Source: Geosiphon pyriformis uo1 (Eukaryota > Fungi > Glomeromycota). Taken from it: a stretch of 64,000 nucleotides of DNA. Under the pieces are notes generated by a model. It worked only from the letters and a program-made list of their open reading frames with translations. It ran no database searches and had not been told where the DNA came from. A program made the position numbers and the translations under genes. Where the stretch lies: contig JAAOMT010000193.1 in the NCBI GenBank assembly GCA_016748015.1, positions 386,858 through 450,857 of the forward strand. The letters are read 5' to 3'. Positions 53,149 to 64,000 of this stretch are shown here, one piece after another (position 1 is the stretch's first letter; every line of letters begins with the position of its first letter).

Positions 53149-56100
53149 GTCATAATTAAAATATATATTGTTTTTGTTAAAATTTTAAAATATTAATTGT
53201 TTTTTGTAAAATTTTTAAAATTTATGTATTATTATAGTTTTAAAAAATAGTTGTGTTTTGTTATTTATAATTATATTAAGTTTTTTGTTATATTTAATAT
53301 TGTTTTTATATTAAATTTTTTAAAAAAATAAAAATAAAAATAAAAAAAAATTAAAAGTTATTTGTTTATATTATTAAGTTTTGTATTTTAAAATCAATTA
53401 TTATTTAGCCAAAAAAATAAAAATTACTTGATATTAAAATAAAACAATTTTTATTTTTGCTATTATTATTAAAAAAACAATAATCAAAATTTTTTTTAGT
53501 AATAAAACAATTAAAAAATATATTTTAAAAGTGTTTTTCTTAAATAAACGGATTTAAAACAATTTTTGGTTGTTATTAAAGCTTTTTTATTGGCTTTTTT
53601 TTAAAATGATTTTTTTAATATTGTTTTTATTATATAAAATTTTTAAATACAAATAATATTAAATTAACAACCAAATTTTTTTACCAAAAAAATTGATAAT
53701 AGCAATAATTATTTTAAATAACAAAAAATTCCAAAAGTGTTATTTTTATTAAGAATAACAATTTAATTTTTCGTTATTTTTGGTTTATTAAAAAGTAAAA
53801 GTTTAGTGTTTTTTAAGCCAGTTTTTTTATTTAAAATTACAGTTTTAATTTGATTTTTTAAATTTAGTTTTTTACCAGTTTTATATTAATATATAATAAT
53901 AAAAACAATTAAGTTTAATTTAAACAACAACAATAATAATAATACATCTATTAAAATAAACACAAAAAATATTTAATTATATTATTTAATATAATTGTTT
54001 TTGGTCAAATATTATTTTGTTTTAAAACTAAAAATTTAATCATTTAAAAATAAAAATTCGTAAAATTAGCATAAATTAAAAAATATCAAAAAAATTAACT
54101 GAAATTAAACTTTTTAACAAAATTATTTAAATAGTTTAAATTAATTATAATCTTTTTTTAAAGAAATAGTTTAAAAAAAAATTAAAAGTTGATTAATATT
54201 AAATAAGAATTTGCTAATATAATATAATAATAAGTCTATAAATAATATTAATAATATTATAAACAACTTTTTGAAAAATTCACATATGACAACAAATTAA
54301 AAACAAAAATACAAAATTAATTTTTTTTAATAATATTAATTTTTTTTATTTTTTTATTAACGTTTATTAAAATAATTACAAATCAATTTTAAAATTGATT
54401 AATTATTAATTTTACAAAAATTAATTAACTTTAAATATATTGAATTTTAAATTTTTTTAAATGTATTTATTAATAATTAATTACAAATTGATTTTTATTT
54501 TTGTAAAAAATATTTATTAAAAAAAGCCTAAATTAATTTAAAAATTTAAAAAACAAAACTTGTTAATATATTACAACAAATTTAAAAAAGTCTTTAAAAA
54601 TTTTTTTAATGCATAAGAATAAAAATAAAAATAAAGATAATAATAATAAATTAAAAAACAGAATTAATATTTTTATTAAGAATATTTTAAAATTAGAAAA
54701 CAGAATTAACTTTTAGCTATTAATTAATAACAAATATTGTTAATAATAATAATAATAATAATAATAAAATTTAAATCAATAAATTAAAATTTTAAAATAG
54801 CATCAAGCATTAAAATAAAAATCACTTATTTAAATTTTTAATAACTTTTAATTATTAAAATATTGTTGAAAAATACAAGAATATTTTAAAAAATTTCAAA
54901 ACTTTTGATAATAATTGTAACAATATCAAAATTATTTTTGAAAAAAAATTTGATTAAAAAAAATTTCAATTAAAAAAAAGTGGTTTAATAACAATTAAAG
55001 ATTGTATTATTTAAAAAAAACACTTTGAAAATGTTTTGTTTAACTGTTTTTACTATAAAAAAAAACTTTTTTGTTTGTTACTTCTTAATTATAATAGTAA
55101 AAATTGTGGTTGCTTCTTTCTTATTTTTTTGTTTTAGTTGTGAACAAATTTAAAAAGTAAAAAATTGTTTAATTTAATTTAAACAAGTTTATATAATATA
55201 TAATACAATTTTTATTAATTAATTAATGTAATATTTATGTTTTAAAACCATTTTTGTTGTAATCATTAAATTAAAAATTAATACATTAATTTTATTTTTT
55301 TGTTTTTATCTTGAATTTTTTATGCATTGATAATTGTGTTGCACTTTTGAACTCAAATAATTGTATTGTAATCAAAATAATTTTTAACCCCAAAAAAACA
55401 TTATCTAATGTTCCCAACACTGAACCTTGTTTAATTGACAGTTAGCGCCGGAAAAATATTGAGATTCCATTTCGGAAATTCTCTAGATATCGCCCCTTTT
55501 CGAGTCTGGCAACTGTATTAACTCAGGATCAGATGATCTTAAGCTTATGGTCAAGCTTTTTTTTAAAGTTTATATTTACCCACGGAAAAAGTGGCTGTTA
55601 GATTGCAGGTAGGTAAACCTTTCAGCCAACCATTTTCCCGAAATGATCCATACATCAAATGAGCTAGTAGCTAGCAATTCTAATACCGGTTAGTCAAGGA
55701 GTTCCGATAGAAGGGCACACTAATTATTCGAGTTTCGAGATATGAGGTAAGAAAAGTTGGGCAATTCTCAGGAAACTCTTACCCTTTGAAGCTTATAAAA
55801 CACTGCATTTTTCAAAATATTGTAACAATAAAGTCGCTGAGAAATGGAACGAGGAAGTCTCACGAAATTTCTTGTTGATTCCAATATCTTCTAATGCAAG
55901 TTTCGGAAAATTAGAGTATCACCCTTTTACTTTCCGATAGTTTCCGCCGGATTCTTCTAATATCCGATTCTTAGCATTATCGTCAGGCACTTTTTTCCCA
56001 CTCTGTTTCCATCCCCTTCCGGTAAAGATTCCATCCAATATTACTTAGAGTAGCGATTAAAACGTCATTGGTTTGCTGATTGATGGCCAGTTGATGAACA

Positions 56101-56283
56101 ACTCAGAAGATAAATCAACACGGTAACACTCCGAACGGTTTTTTCCACATCTGCTGCTGGCTTGCCAACTTGCCCTTCCATGCTTTCAGAAAAGAATAAC
56201 GTTGAACTTTCTTATTCAATCCCAATCTATTAACTTTGTAAAAAAAAACCTATTTATAAAATTCCATTGTTGTGACTATTCTA

Positions 56284-57652
56284 ATGCCAGTCTGCACATC
56301 TTGCCACCAAACAAAAAATGACGAAGCTTTTTTCCATAAAAACAAAAAGTGGAAGACTTGTCAAACATGTATTGAACAACGTGCTGCTAAAAAAGCAAAG
56401 ACAAAAAGAAAAAGAGAAGAAGAAACTACAGCTATAACCCCTGTGGAGGAAGAAACACCACGTGTGGCTTTGCGCTCAGTGGGTTTGATGGAACTGTCGC
56501 AACTGGTATATAATGAGATTAGGGAATTGGCCAATACCCCAGTACCCCTAAACCCGGACGGCTCTCAAACCTTACCTATGAACTTGAGAGTCTCGATTAA
56601 CTTGACAGGTTTGATTACAGGAAGTGAGAACCCAAAAGAAGTCGCTCGTTGGATTGTGGAGGAAATCGAACGTGCAGACGAGTTTAATTGGACGTAAGTT
56701 TCTCAATATCAAAGCAATTTGTAAGGAATTCTACTGACCGTTTGAAAAACCAAAGTCTTGTCTGATTTAGGCATTTCTCAACTTGAACCATTTTCTTCTA
56801 TTTACTGTTCCTTATCCTGCCTCGAACAGTTACAACTGCATGAATACCTCCATGCGGCATAAAGACGTTGCAAAATTTTACTATGTCTGCAGTCAGTCGA
56901 TGGTGGCTATGAAGGAATATAAAGAAGGTTCGAATAGAAAACGAATGGAACGTTTTCCTTGTCAAGGGAAGATGCAAATGAAGATTGATATACCGGCTGG
57001 AGAGGCTATGTTAGAAATTCATCATGGTTTGCTACATAATCGACCACTTGTCACATCTGAACTGAATGATGAATGTCGACGAGAAATTGAGGATAATCTT
57101 ACATTACCTCCCATTCAACTGAGATCTTACCTTCGTGCCAAAGGTGTATTAAAAAACTATACACCAAAACAAATTCATTCTTATTGGGAACGTATGGCTG
57201 CTATAAAAAACCCTACATTGCTTGCTCAATACAACGCTGGTCATGCACCAACTCTTCCTGGTGATTACTCGATCATGACCGCCGCCATGAATACCTACAA
57301 TGGAGGGGCTTTAGATAACTTGAGTCCTTTGCCACCTCTTAATGTTTCCAATGCGACACCCGTTTGTGTTGTACCGTTGACTGGAAGTTCAGCTAGACAT
57401 GAAACATCAGAAAACGCCCAAAGCAGTCAAAAGTCAAAGTTTGACCATGATGAATATGTAGAGTATGCTAGGAAGATGGAGCAATTTTCGAAACGTGTAA
57501 AGGATCAATTGGAACGGGGAAATTATATTTGGTTGGATACAGTAAAAGTCATGACGGCTGGTGTGATTGAAATGGAAAACGATATTCAAGAATTGGAAAG
57601 ACAACGCGCAAGCGAAAGAGGCACCAAACCCTGGAAGATCCATTACAAATGA
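56284..57652 (+). CDS. MULE-derived zinc-finger protein (CxxC..CxxC plus WRKY-GCM1/FAR1-like), 2 exons join(56284..56693,56830..57652), ~410 aa
   Basis: GTAAGT donor and CAG acceptor keep the frame. CTSC..TCQTC; FYYVCSQ...MERFPCQG...IHHGLLH. No DDE core is evident. Confidence 0.75.
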
Positions 57653-57960
57653 GCCTCGCTATTTTTTTCTTTCTAATGTTATTATGTATTCTTTAAATAG
57701 CTCATGTATAGGATATGGGTCTCGAGCTAACATCATTCTCGTTAAAATGTTTAAGCATTTTCTCGCTATTATCGCATATTACTTAAAATTTACTAGAATA
57801 TCTTCGAGTTTCAAACTTTTATCTCATGATTTGAGACGCGAGAATATATCAATTATTGGGAAGATTTTTGATATGACATCTGAAATTTATTTCCTCATCT
57901 ATTTCAAGTTAATTGAGTTGGACCTCACTCTTGATTTTCCCAAGATTTAATAGATTTCAT

Positions 57961-59254
57961 TCAAGACAGCACACTCAAAATTTTCATCGCCCTTTGCCCT
58001 TTTATTTCATTTTGTTTTTTCTCCGTGGTTGAATGGGTAGAAACCTTCCCATCATTTTGTCCTATCAACTTTTTTGTCCTTAAATCCTTCCCATTTTCAT
58101 CTTGTGGTTTTTCATCCTGTGACACTTGGTTTAGAAATTTATCGCCGCTATCTACGATCTCTTGTGCCTCTTTGAATGTTTTTTGACGTGCTTTTCCGGT
58201 CAGGTTTGTAATATATTCGATAAATATTTTAAAAAATTCTTTAGGAACCTGAGATTTTACATGGAAAAAGTTTTAACATTAAATCTCTCATATGTGAATG
58301 GTCATCAAAAGGACAATATTACCATTGTCGGATCATACACGTGCTGCAGCAACCAGATCTGCCGTACTTTCTGGAACTTCCATGTAGACATGCGATTCAT
58401 ACGCCACTGGATTAAATATTGCAGAGCTGATTTTGACATTTTGAATAATACAATTGCATGTAAAAACAAGTTTTTCATTATAGGAAACTGCGATGGATGC
58501 TAGTACCCAAAAGATTCACATATTTTAATGCACCTGCTTTTGTCGAATCATTGGCCGTCTCTGGGATCTTTTCTAATAACGAAGGATCCATGGAAGTTTG
58601 ATCACTTCCTGCGTCCTTTACTTGCCTATCGTCATGCTCTAATTCTATAGCAGGTTTTCCTTCTACCGCAGCTTTCCTTTTCTTTTTTTTATGGGTGATT
58701 TTCGGATTATTTTTTTCTGTTTTATTGTGATTAGTGCTTTTTTCCGGTTTTTGATTATCCACATCAGGATCCCCAGTCAAATGCCGGTGTATTCTTGATT
58801 TTGGTACTTTAGCCTTGAGGGAGCTAGATTCCGTTAAATTCTTATCTTCCCCATGATCCGATAGTCTCCTTTTCTTATTATTTCTTTGTAGAAGTTCTTG
58901 ACCACTATCGAGGGAAGCGTCATCGGTCTTAGTTTCGTTTCTCTTTTTATTTGAAGTTTCAGTGTCAGGATTCACCGAACTTTGTTTTTTGACTTGGCCT
59001 ACATCTTTTTTAGTTTTGGGTGAACTGTTAACTTCGGGGTTATTCTGGGAACTAGTATTAGAAACATTGCTATTGTAGTTTGCTAAGCTTAAAAACTTTT
59101 TCCAGTTTGGCACGTGGGTTTGACTCTCCTGTGATTCGCTCGCACGTTTCTGGAGAACGGTAGAGGGGGTTGGTTCACGATCTTCAATTGAAGAAGCGGT
59201 GATTTGTTCTCTGGTTGAAAGGTTTCGCTTTTCGTCTATTCTCCTATATGTCAT
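57961..59254 (-). CDS. WKF-domain protein (C7orf50 / yeast YCR016W-like), complement join(57961..58248,58323..58426,58534..59254), ~370 aa
   Basis: Spliced product ALQYLIQW...WKFQKVRQIWLLQHVYD..VP..FF..Y...L.GKAR...RAMKILSVLS*. GT-AG introns of 107 and 74 nt. Basic disordered N-terminus. Confidence 0.88.
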
Positions 59255-60835
59255 GTTTGATGGTATGAAGGTGAGTTCCCAATTTGAACATGTAAATCCT
59301 AGTTTTTGATTATTTGCGGTTTTGAAAAGTATATTTATAGTTCATGCTGTATTACATTGTGGAGACCGGCAAGTTGATAAAAATTATTGCTACCTATTAT
59401 TTTATTATGAAAAATATAATTTAATAATCAAAATAATTTACAATAAAAAAATTAAATAAAATAGCTAAAAAACAGAAACTTATATCACTTAATATTAGAT
59501 TTAAAATTAATTAATTTAATTTAATTATTTATGCTTCCATTGAAGAATTTTTAATTATATTATATTATATTTTATATGTTGTGCCCCAAATCACAATCGG
59601 GAAAGATAGCACAACATATATAAATAAACAATATATTTTAACATTAATAATAAAAATTTGATATATATGTTTTAATATATATTAATTTGTAAAATGGTTT
59701 ACTTAAAACACATATTAATAAAAGCATAATAAAGTTAAAAAAAAACAATATTGTAAAATTAAAATATCCAAAATTTAATTATAATTTTCACTTTTTTGTT
59801 TTTTTATAAACTCAAAAAAAAAAATTTAGATTATTTTAGCAAAAATATTAAAAAATAAATATATCTAAAATGTTGAAACCAAAATATAATATTGTAATTT
59901 TAATTTGCTTACTTTTAAATTTTCTTTAAAAATTATATAATTTTTTAATTTCGAACATGATATCAAAAATAATGTCCATTAAAACTTTAAAATAGATATT
60001 TTTTTGAATAAAAATATAGAAGCTTATATTTTTGAATCAATTTCCTTATGAATTATAATTATTTGCTTACGCAATAATATAAAAAATAAGCCTGTGTATT
60101 TTTGAGATCTTTAAATACTACGATAATCTTAAAAATCAAAGTAGAATTATTGGTTTTAAACATTCATCATTCAATAAATCATCACGAGATATTTTGCAAA
60201 TGATATGAACTAGATTATACTCTGATTGGCTGAAGATATTAACATACTGGCCTGCAGGAAGTTACACACTGAGTTGTTTGTGTACCCATTGTTGAACACT
60301 GTACCCAAGTAAAAGTAATATAAAAAGTCCTCACTCTACTTTTTCCACTATCTCAACTCCCTCTCTCTCACCTTCCTCGGTGTTTGGCCCATTTGCATTA
60401 CTGTATGTAGTCAAAGGAACGTTTGTGTAAACCACGTAAATGATTTTGTGATTTTCTATTTTCTAGTGAGAGATTTACTCAGAGTCATAAGTGTGTCAGT
60501 GAGTTGTGAATTTTGATGACTGCTGCGTTCTCTATTGCTACTAGCTCTAAGGTTTTATAGATTTTTAATACACACAACTAACATGTTGGGCTTTGCTAAT
60601 TTGGATGCTATTAATATGAAAGGCTAATAAGTTTGTCAAAACAAAGCTCTCTTTCCTTCGATTAAGTCGGTGCTGAGAAATTCCTTTCTCTGCTATCTTT
60701 TTTACTTGGGTTTACCCTTCTCCCCTTTTTTTCCTCTTGGATGATTTTATCATTCAATAGCAAAAAATTTTCCCTCCTTCCGAAACGTTTGAAACAACTG
60801 GTTGTTCCCGAGTGTATCAAACCACCTGCCACAGC

Positions 60836-62839
60836 ATGGCAGAAGAAGAGTCACAAGTAAGCGTAGTTCCGTCAATCCTGGATGTCCCATTAAGGGATGG
60901 AACAAATGCGACAAATGCTTCATTCAGGAGGGTTCCGCATTCCCGATCATCTTCTACTTCCTCTGCAGCTTCAATTCATGGCTTAGAGGATTCGTTTGAA
61001 TTTATTGGGTCTGACTCTCGAGACTTAAATAACATAGATTTGCACATCAATGGAAATTCACAAGGTAAATATATATATTCTCTGAATACTGCTAGTCACA
61101 TAATCAAAATAATTTCTTTTTACTGACACTTCTCGATATGAAAAGAAGGTGAATATGCTGATGCATATAGTTCGTCTCCTTCAGAAAATGAAGAAGATGG
61201 TCAAAATTTTCCCGACGAAGAAGATGTCATAAATCCATCCCAAAGACTGGCAAAGCTTCGCAATACCAAACGTCAGCCATTTTCCACCCCTACCAATTTT
61301 CGTGTACTGTATGTTGGTTCGCCCCCAAATGAGCAGTTGAAACAGACGCTGTTTCACAAATTTGCCGAAGCCCTTTCTAGCATTTTTTGGGAAGAGGCTA
61401 ACAGCAATCTTCAAAGCAGTGACATTGGTCCGGAAAAAAAGAGCAATCTCTTACCTATAAGTAATTATCAAGAAGCTAGACTTGAATATTACCATGATTC
61501 TGGGGTCGCCATTAGCGAAGCAGATTTTACTAATCGCCCTTACGAGGAAGTTCTGACCTATCTTCAAAATCAATTCCAGAAAAAAGAGAACGACGATGAT
61601 CTGATTGACTTATGCATTTTTTTTATTCCCACCGACATCATAATTTTAAGCCGTGACATTCTACCTTTCATGAAAAAGTTACAAGGAAAAGTTACCCTTT
61701 TCCCGCTAATCGCATCAATAAATGACCTAAATGTTTCTGGAATTTACTTCAGAAATGAATGTGAAGAACAACGGCGTTCTATTGCTAAATTTTTTGAAGA
61801 TAACGGAATAGATATCTTCATCTGGAAAGAAGACGGTTTAGTTCACGACCGCAATGCAAAAGGGGAACAGATATCTGGCTGGGTTGAAACAATGTATACT
61901 AAAAAGATTCTAGCTGTTGAAGAATTTGCCAGCTGGGAAGCATCAAAAATATTTGAAGATATGCAACTATTGCGAGAACGCTCTTTAGAAATCAGGAAGG
62001 ATCGGCAGCATGATGAAATGGTGAAGAAGAGAGCCCAGAACTTCGAAAGATTTGTTGAGATTCTCAGGACAATAACCATAATGTTAACCATTTTATATAC
62101 TTTCTATCTGGTTGTATTTGGAGTATGGAGTTACGCTGAGTGGTCAGTGATTCCTTCAGACTTGAGGGAGTCGTTAGAAGTTGTATCCAGTGCTACCTCC
62201 AGGATGCAGGCACAAAATATACCCTTTGATACGGCTAATTATGATGATGCAGTGCGATTTGAAGTTACCCAATTATCACCGCGACGTTTCGTTATTGACA
62301 CATATCCGAAACGTCGCAGTGAGTCATATGAGGTCATTGTAAAACATAATCCTCAGATTTTGCGCCAATACGAAGCTAAAGATATGGGAAATGGTATCTA
62401 TGAATTTGAAATTGACCCTACTGGGGCCCAAGGGGATGTTATAGTTGAAATCAGAGATAAACTTGGGGAGATGATAAAGACTATCCAATGGTCTCCAAAT
62501 AATATTGGGCATGTCGCCAAAAAAGGTGCCGAAAATCCGGCTATAAAACAAGAGGCCGAGCAGGGCAAAGAGTTTAGAGGTTATTCTACAATCGCCGTTC
62601 ACAATATTAAATTTTGGGCTTCACTTTTGGTGAACAAAGTTGAATCATTTTTTGAAGCGGTTGGTGAAAATCTTAGTTTTGTCGCCCATAAAGCAGCTTC
62701 ATGGGCCAGCTCTACCAAAGAAGAAATTCAAGCGGGAATCCCTATTTTTTGGAACAAGGTAAAAGGTTGGGCAAAATACTTGAAAGATCGCATTAATGAT
62801 GGTCGTCAAAATATAGTTGCTTATTTTGAAGAAGATTGA
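60836..62839 (+). CDS. Degenerate septin-like G-domain protein with a TM helix, join(60836..61064,61146..62839), ~640 aa
   Basis: Intron GTAAAT...tactgac...AG (acceptor 61145 or 61148). NFRVLYVG, IDLCIFFIP, FMKKLQGKVTLFPLIA are septin-like blocks. Hydrophobic ITIMLTILYTFYLVVFGVW. Confidence 0.7.
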
Positions 62840-63240
62840 AGGGTTTTATGAGCATTTACAAGAGTAATTTTTTTACTTCTTAAATCATTAGTTTCCCCAT
62901 GTTTTAGAATGTGTCTTGTTATTTGTTGCATATTTAAATTGTAAAAGTTTAACTAGTAATATGAGTAAAGCCAGTTCATAATATTATCAATGCTTTGCTG
63001 AAAACATCGTATAAAGATTGCCTGTATGCATCTAAGTTTTCAATGCTTCAAATCGTGAATGTGCCAAGTTATTGGAGACAGGAGCTTTAAAGTTGTGACC
63101 GCGTCAAATTTAAAGTTTCCCAGTTTGAAATTTTCGAGAAATTGAGAAATGAACTTTTTTCAGGCTTACCAAGATTTGCTTAATAATGCCTATAAATAAA
63201 AATAGTGATCGCAAAAATAAATACTCCACCTTTTTCTCTT

Positions 63241-63690
63241 CCTACCTCCCTCTTTCCTGAGCTAACTTCAAAAAAGACTGATAACACCGTCACCATCACC
63301 CCTGCTACCAAGAAAGGCTACCTCTACGGGCGTGTCTCTAGTACAAAGCAAAAAGAGGATCTCGAGCGACAAAAGTAACTCCCCTTTCGATTTTCAACCT
63401 AGGAACTCAGCGATATCGGGTCAGTTTTCAATTTCAAACGATCGGGACTTGAGACCCTATTGGAACGAAAAAGCGGAAGGGTATCAGAAATTGTGGCCAC
63501 CTAGCGTGATAGACTTTGGGAATTTGCCTTCGACCTCTTTCAATATACATTCTTCCTCCTTTCTGCAAGACTCAGGGTTCTCTTCGACAATACGACCTCC
63601 GACGAGCATGAACTCTCACAAGACATTCTTCCCATCAACACAGTCTTTATCTGCCGCATGCAGAGAAGGAGAGCTGCCTGTTTTTGATGA
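63241..63690 (+). pseudogene. tnpA: IS607-family serine recombinase TnpA pseudogene
   Basis: Frame starting at 63301: YLYGRVSSTKQKEDLERQ, DIGSVFNFKRSGLETLL, EIVAT*RDRL..FAFDL, EHELSQDIL.INTVFICRMQRRR. Stops at 63376, 63400, 63502 and 63685. Confidence 0.88.
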
Positions 63691-64000
63691 GAGCGCCAGA
63701 ATAGGCGAAAAGCGCAAAGGAAAAGCGGGAGCAGCTCGTCCCAAACGTCGGAAGAGGCAGGACACTCTCAACTGTACACTATTAATCAAGGTGTATCCGG
63801 GCCATTCTCAAAGGCAGCTCTTGAAGTGGTGGATAGGCTTGAGTTGACATCGCGACTTTCATACCAAAAATTTCTATATTGGTCAATCAAAACAGGTCTC
63901 AATCTACCAAAGATAAACTTAAACTTTACACATATCTTTGGGCAGGAAAGGATGCTAATGAATACGAAGACAAGAAACTCCAAAAAGCCGCCACATGGGC
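63332..64000 (+). pseudogene. tnpB: TnpB/Fanzor2-like N-terminus overlapping tnpA, disrupted at ~63845 and running off the window
   Basis: +1 frame gives DLRPYWNE..KLWPP...SGFS then TLLIKVYPGHSQRQLLKWWIG (IS605 OrfB HTH-like). A -1 shift gives TSRLSYQKFL, open to the window end. No RuvC domain is visible. Confidence 0.65.

Noticed and set aside
58162-58503. 113-aa plus-strand ORF, and similar antisense ORFs (57434, 61843, 62324, 40151, 40609)
   Set aside because: Shadows of real genes or pol on the opposite strand.

Overview
Eukaryotic, intron-containing fungal DNA. Gene style and TE families resemble Glomeromycotina (arbuscular-mycorrhizal lineage, possibly Geosiphon-like); this is an impression, not a database result. 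About 1-55.3 kb is an AT-rich, CpG-depleted TE graveyard. It can be resolved into a nested stack of Ty3/Gypsy LTR elements using LTR pairs, 4-bp TSDs and reading frames that resume across each insertion. An old host H carries A (5014-33464), which carries B and C, and C carries a solo LTR. H also carries D (which carries E), solo LTR F and truncated LTR G. LINE relics and a 1.57-kb TIR/foldback element are also present. The Gypsy elements share an unusual three-ORF layout: one Gag-PR-Cys-rich-(dUTPase)-RT-RNaseH ORF, a separate integrase ORF with its own ATG, and a ~220-aa ORF3 ending at the PPT. About 55.3-64 kb is a CpG-normal gene island with a MULE-derived zinc-finger gene lacking DDE, a WKF-domain (C7orf50-like) gene, a membrane-anchored degenerate septin-like gene and, at the right edge, an IS607-type serine recombinase pseudogene overlapped by a TnpB/Fanzor2-like N-terminus. 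A 711-N gap lies at 44731-45441.
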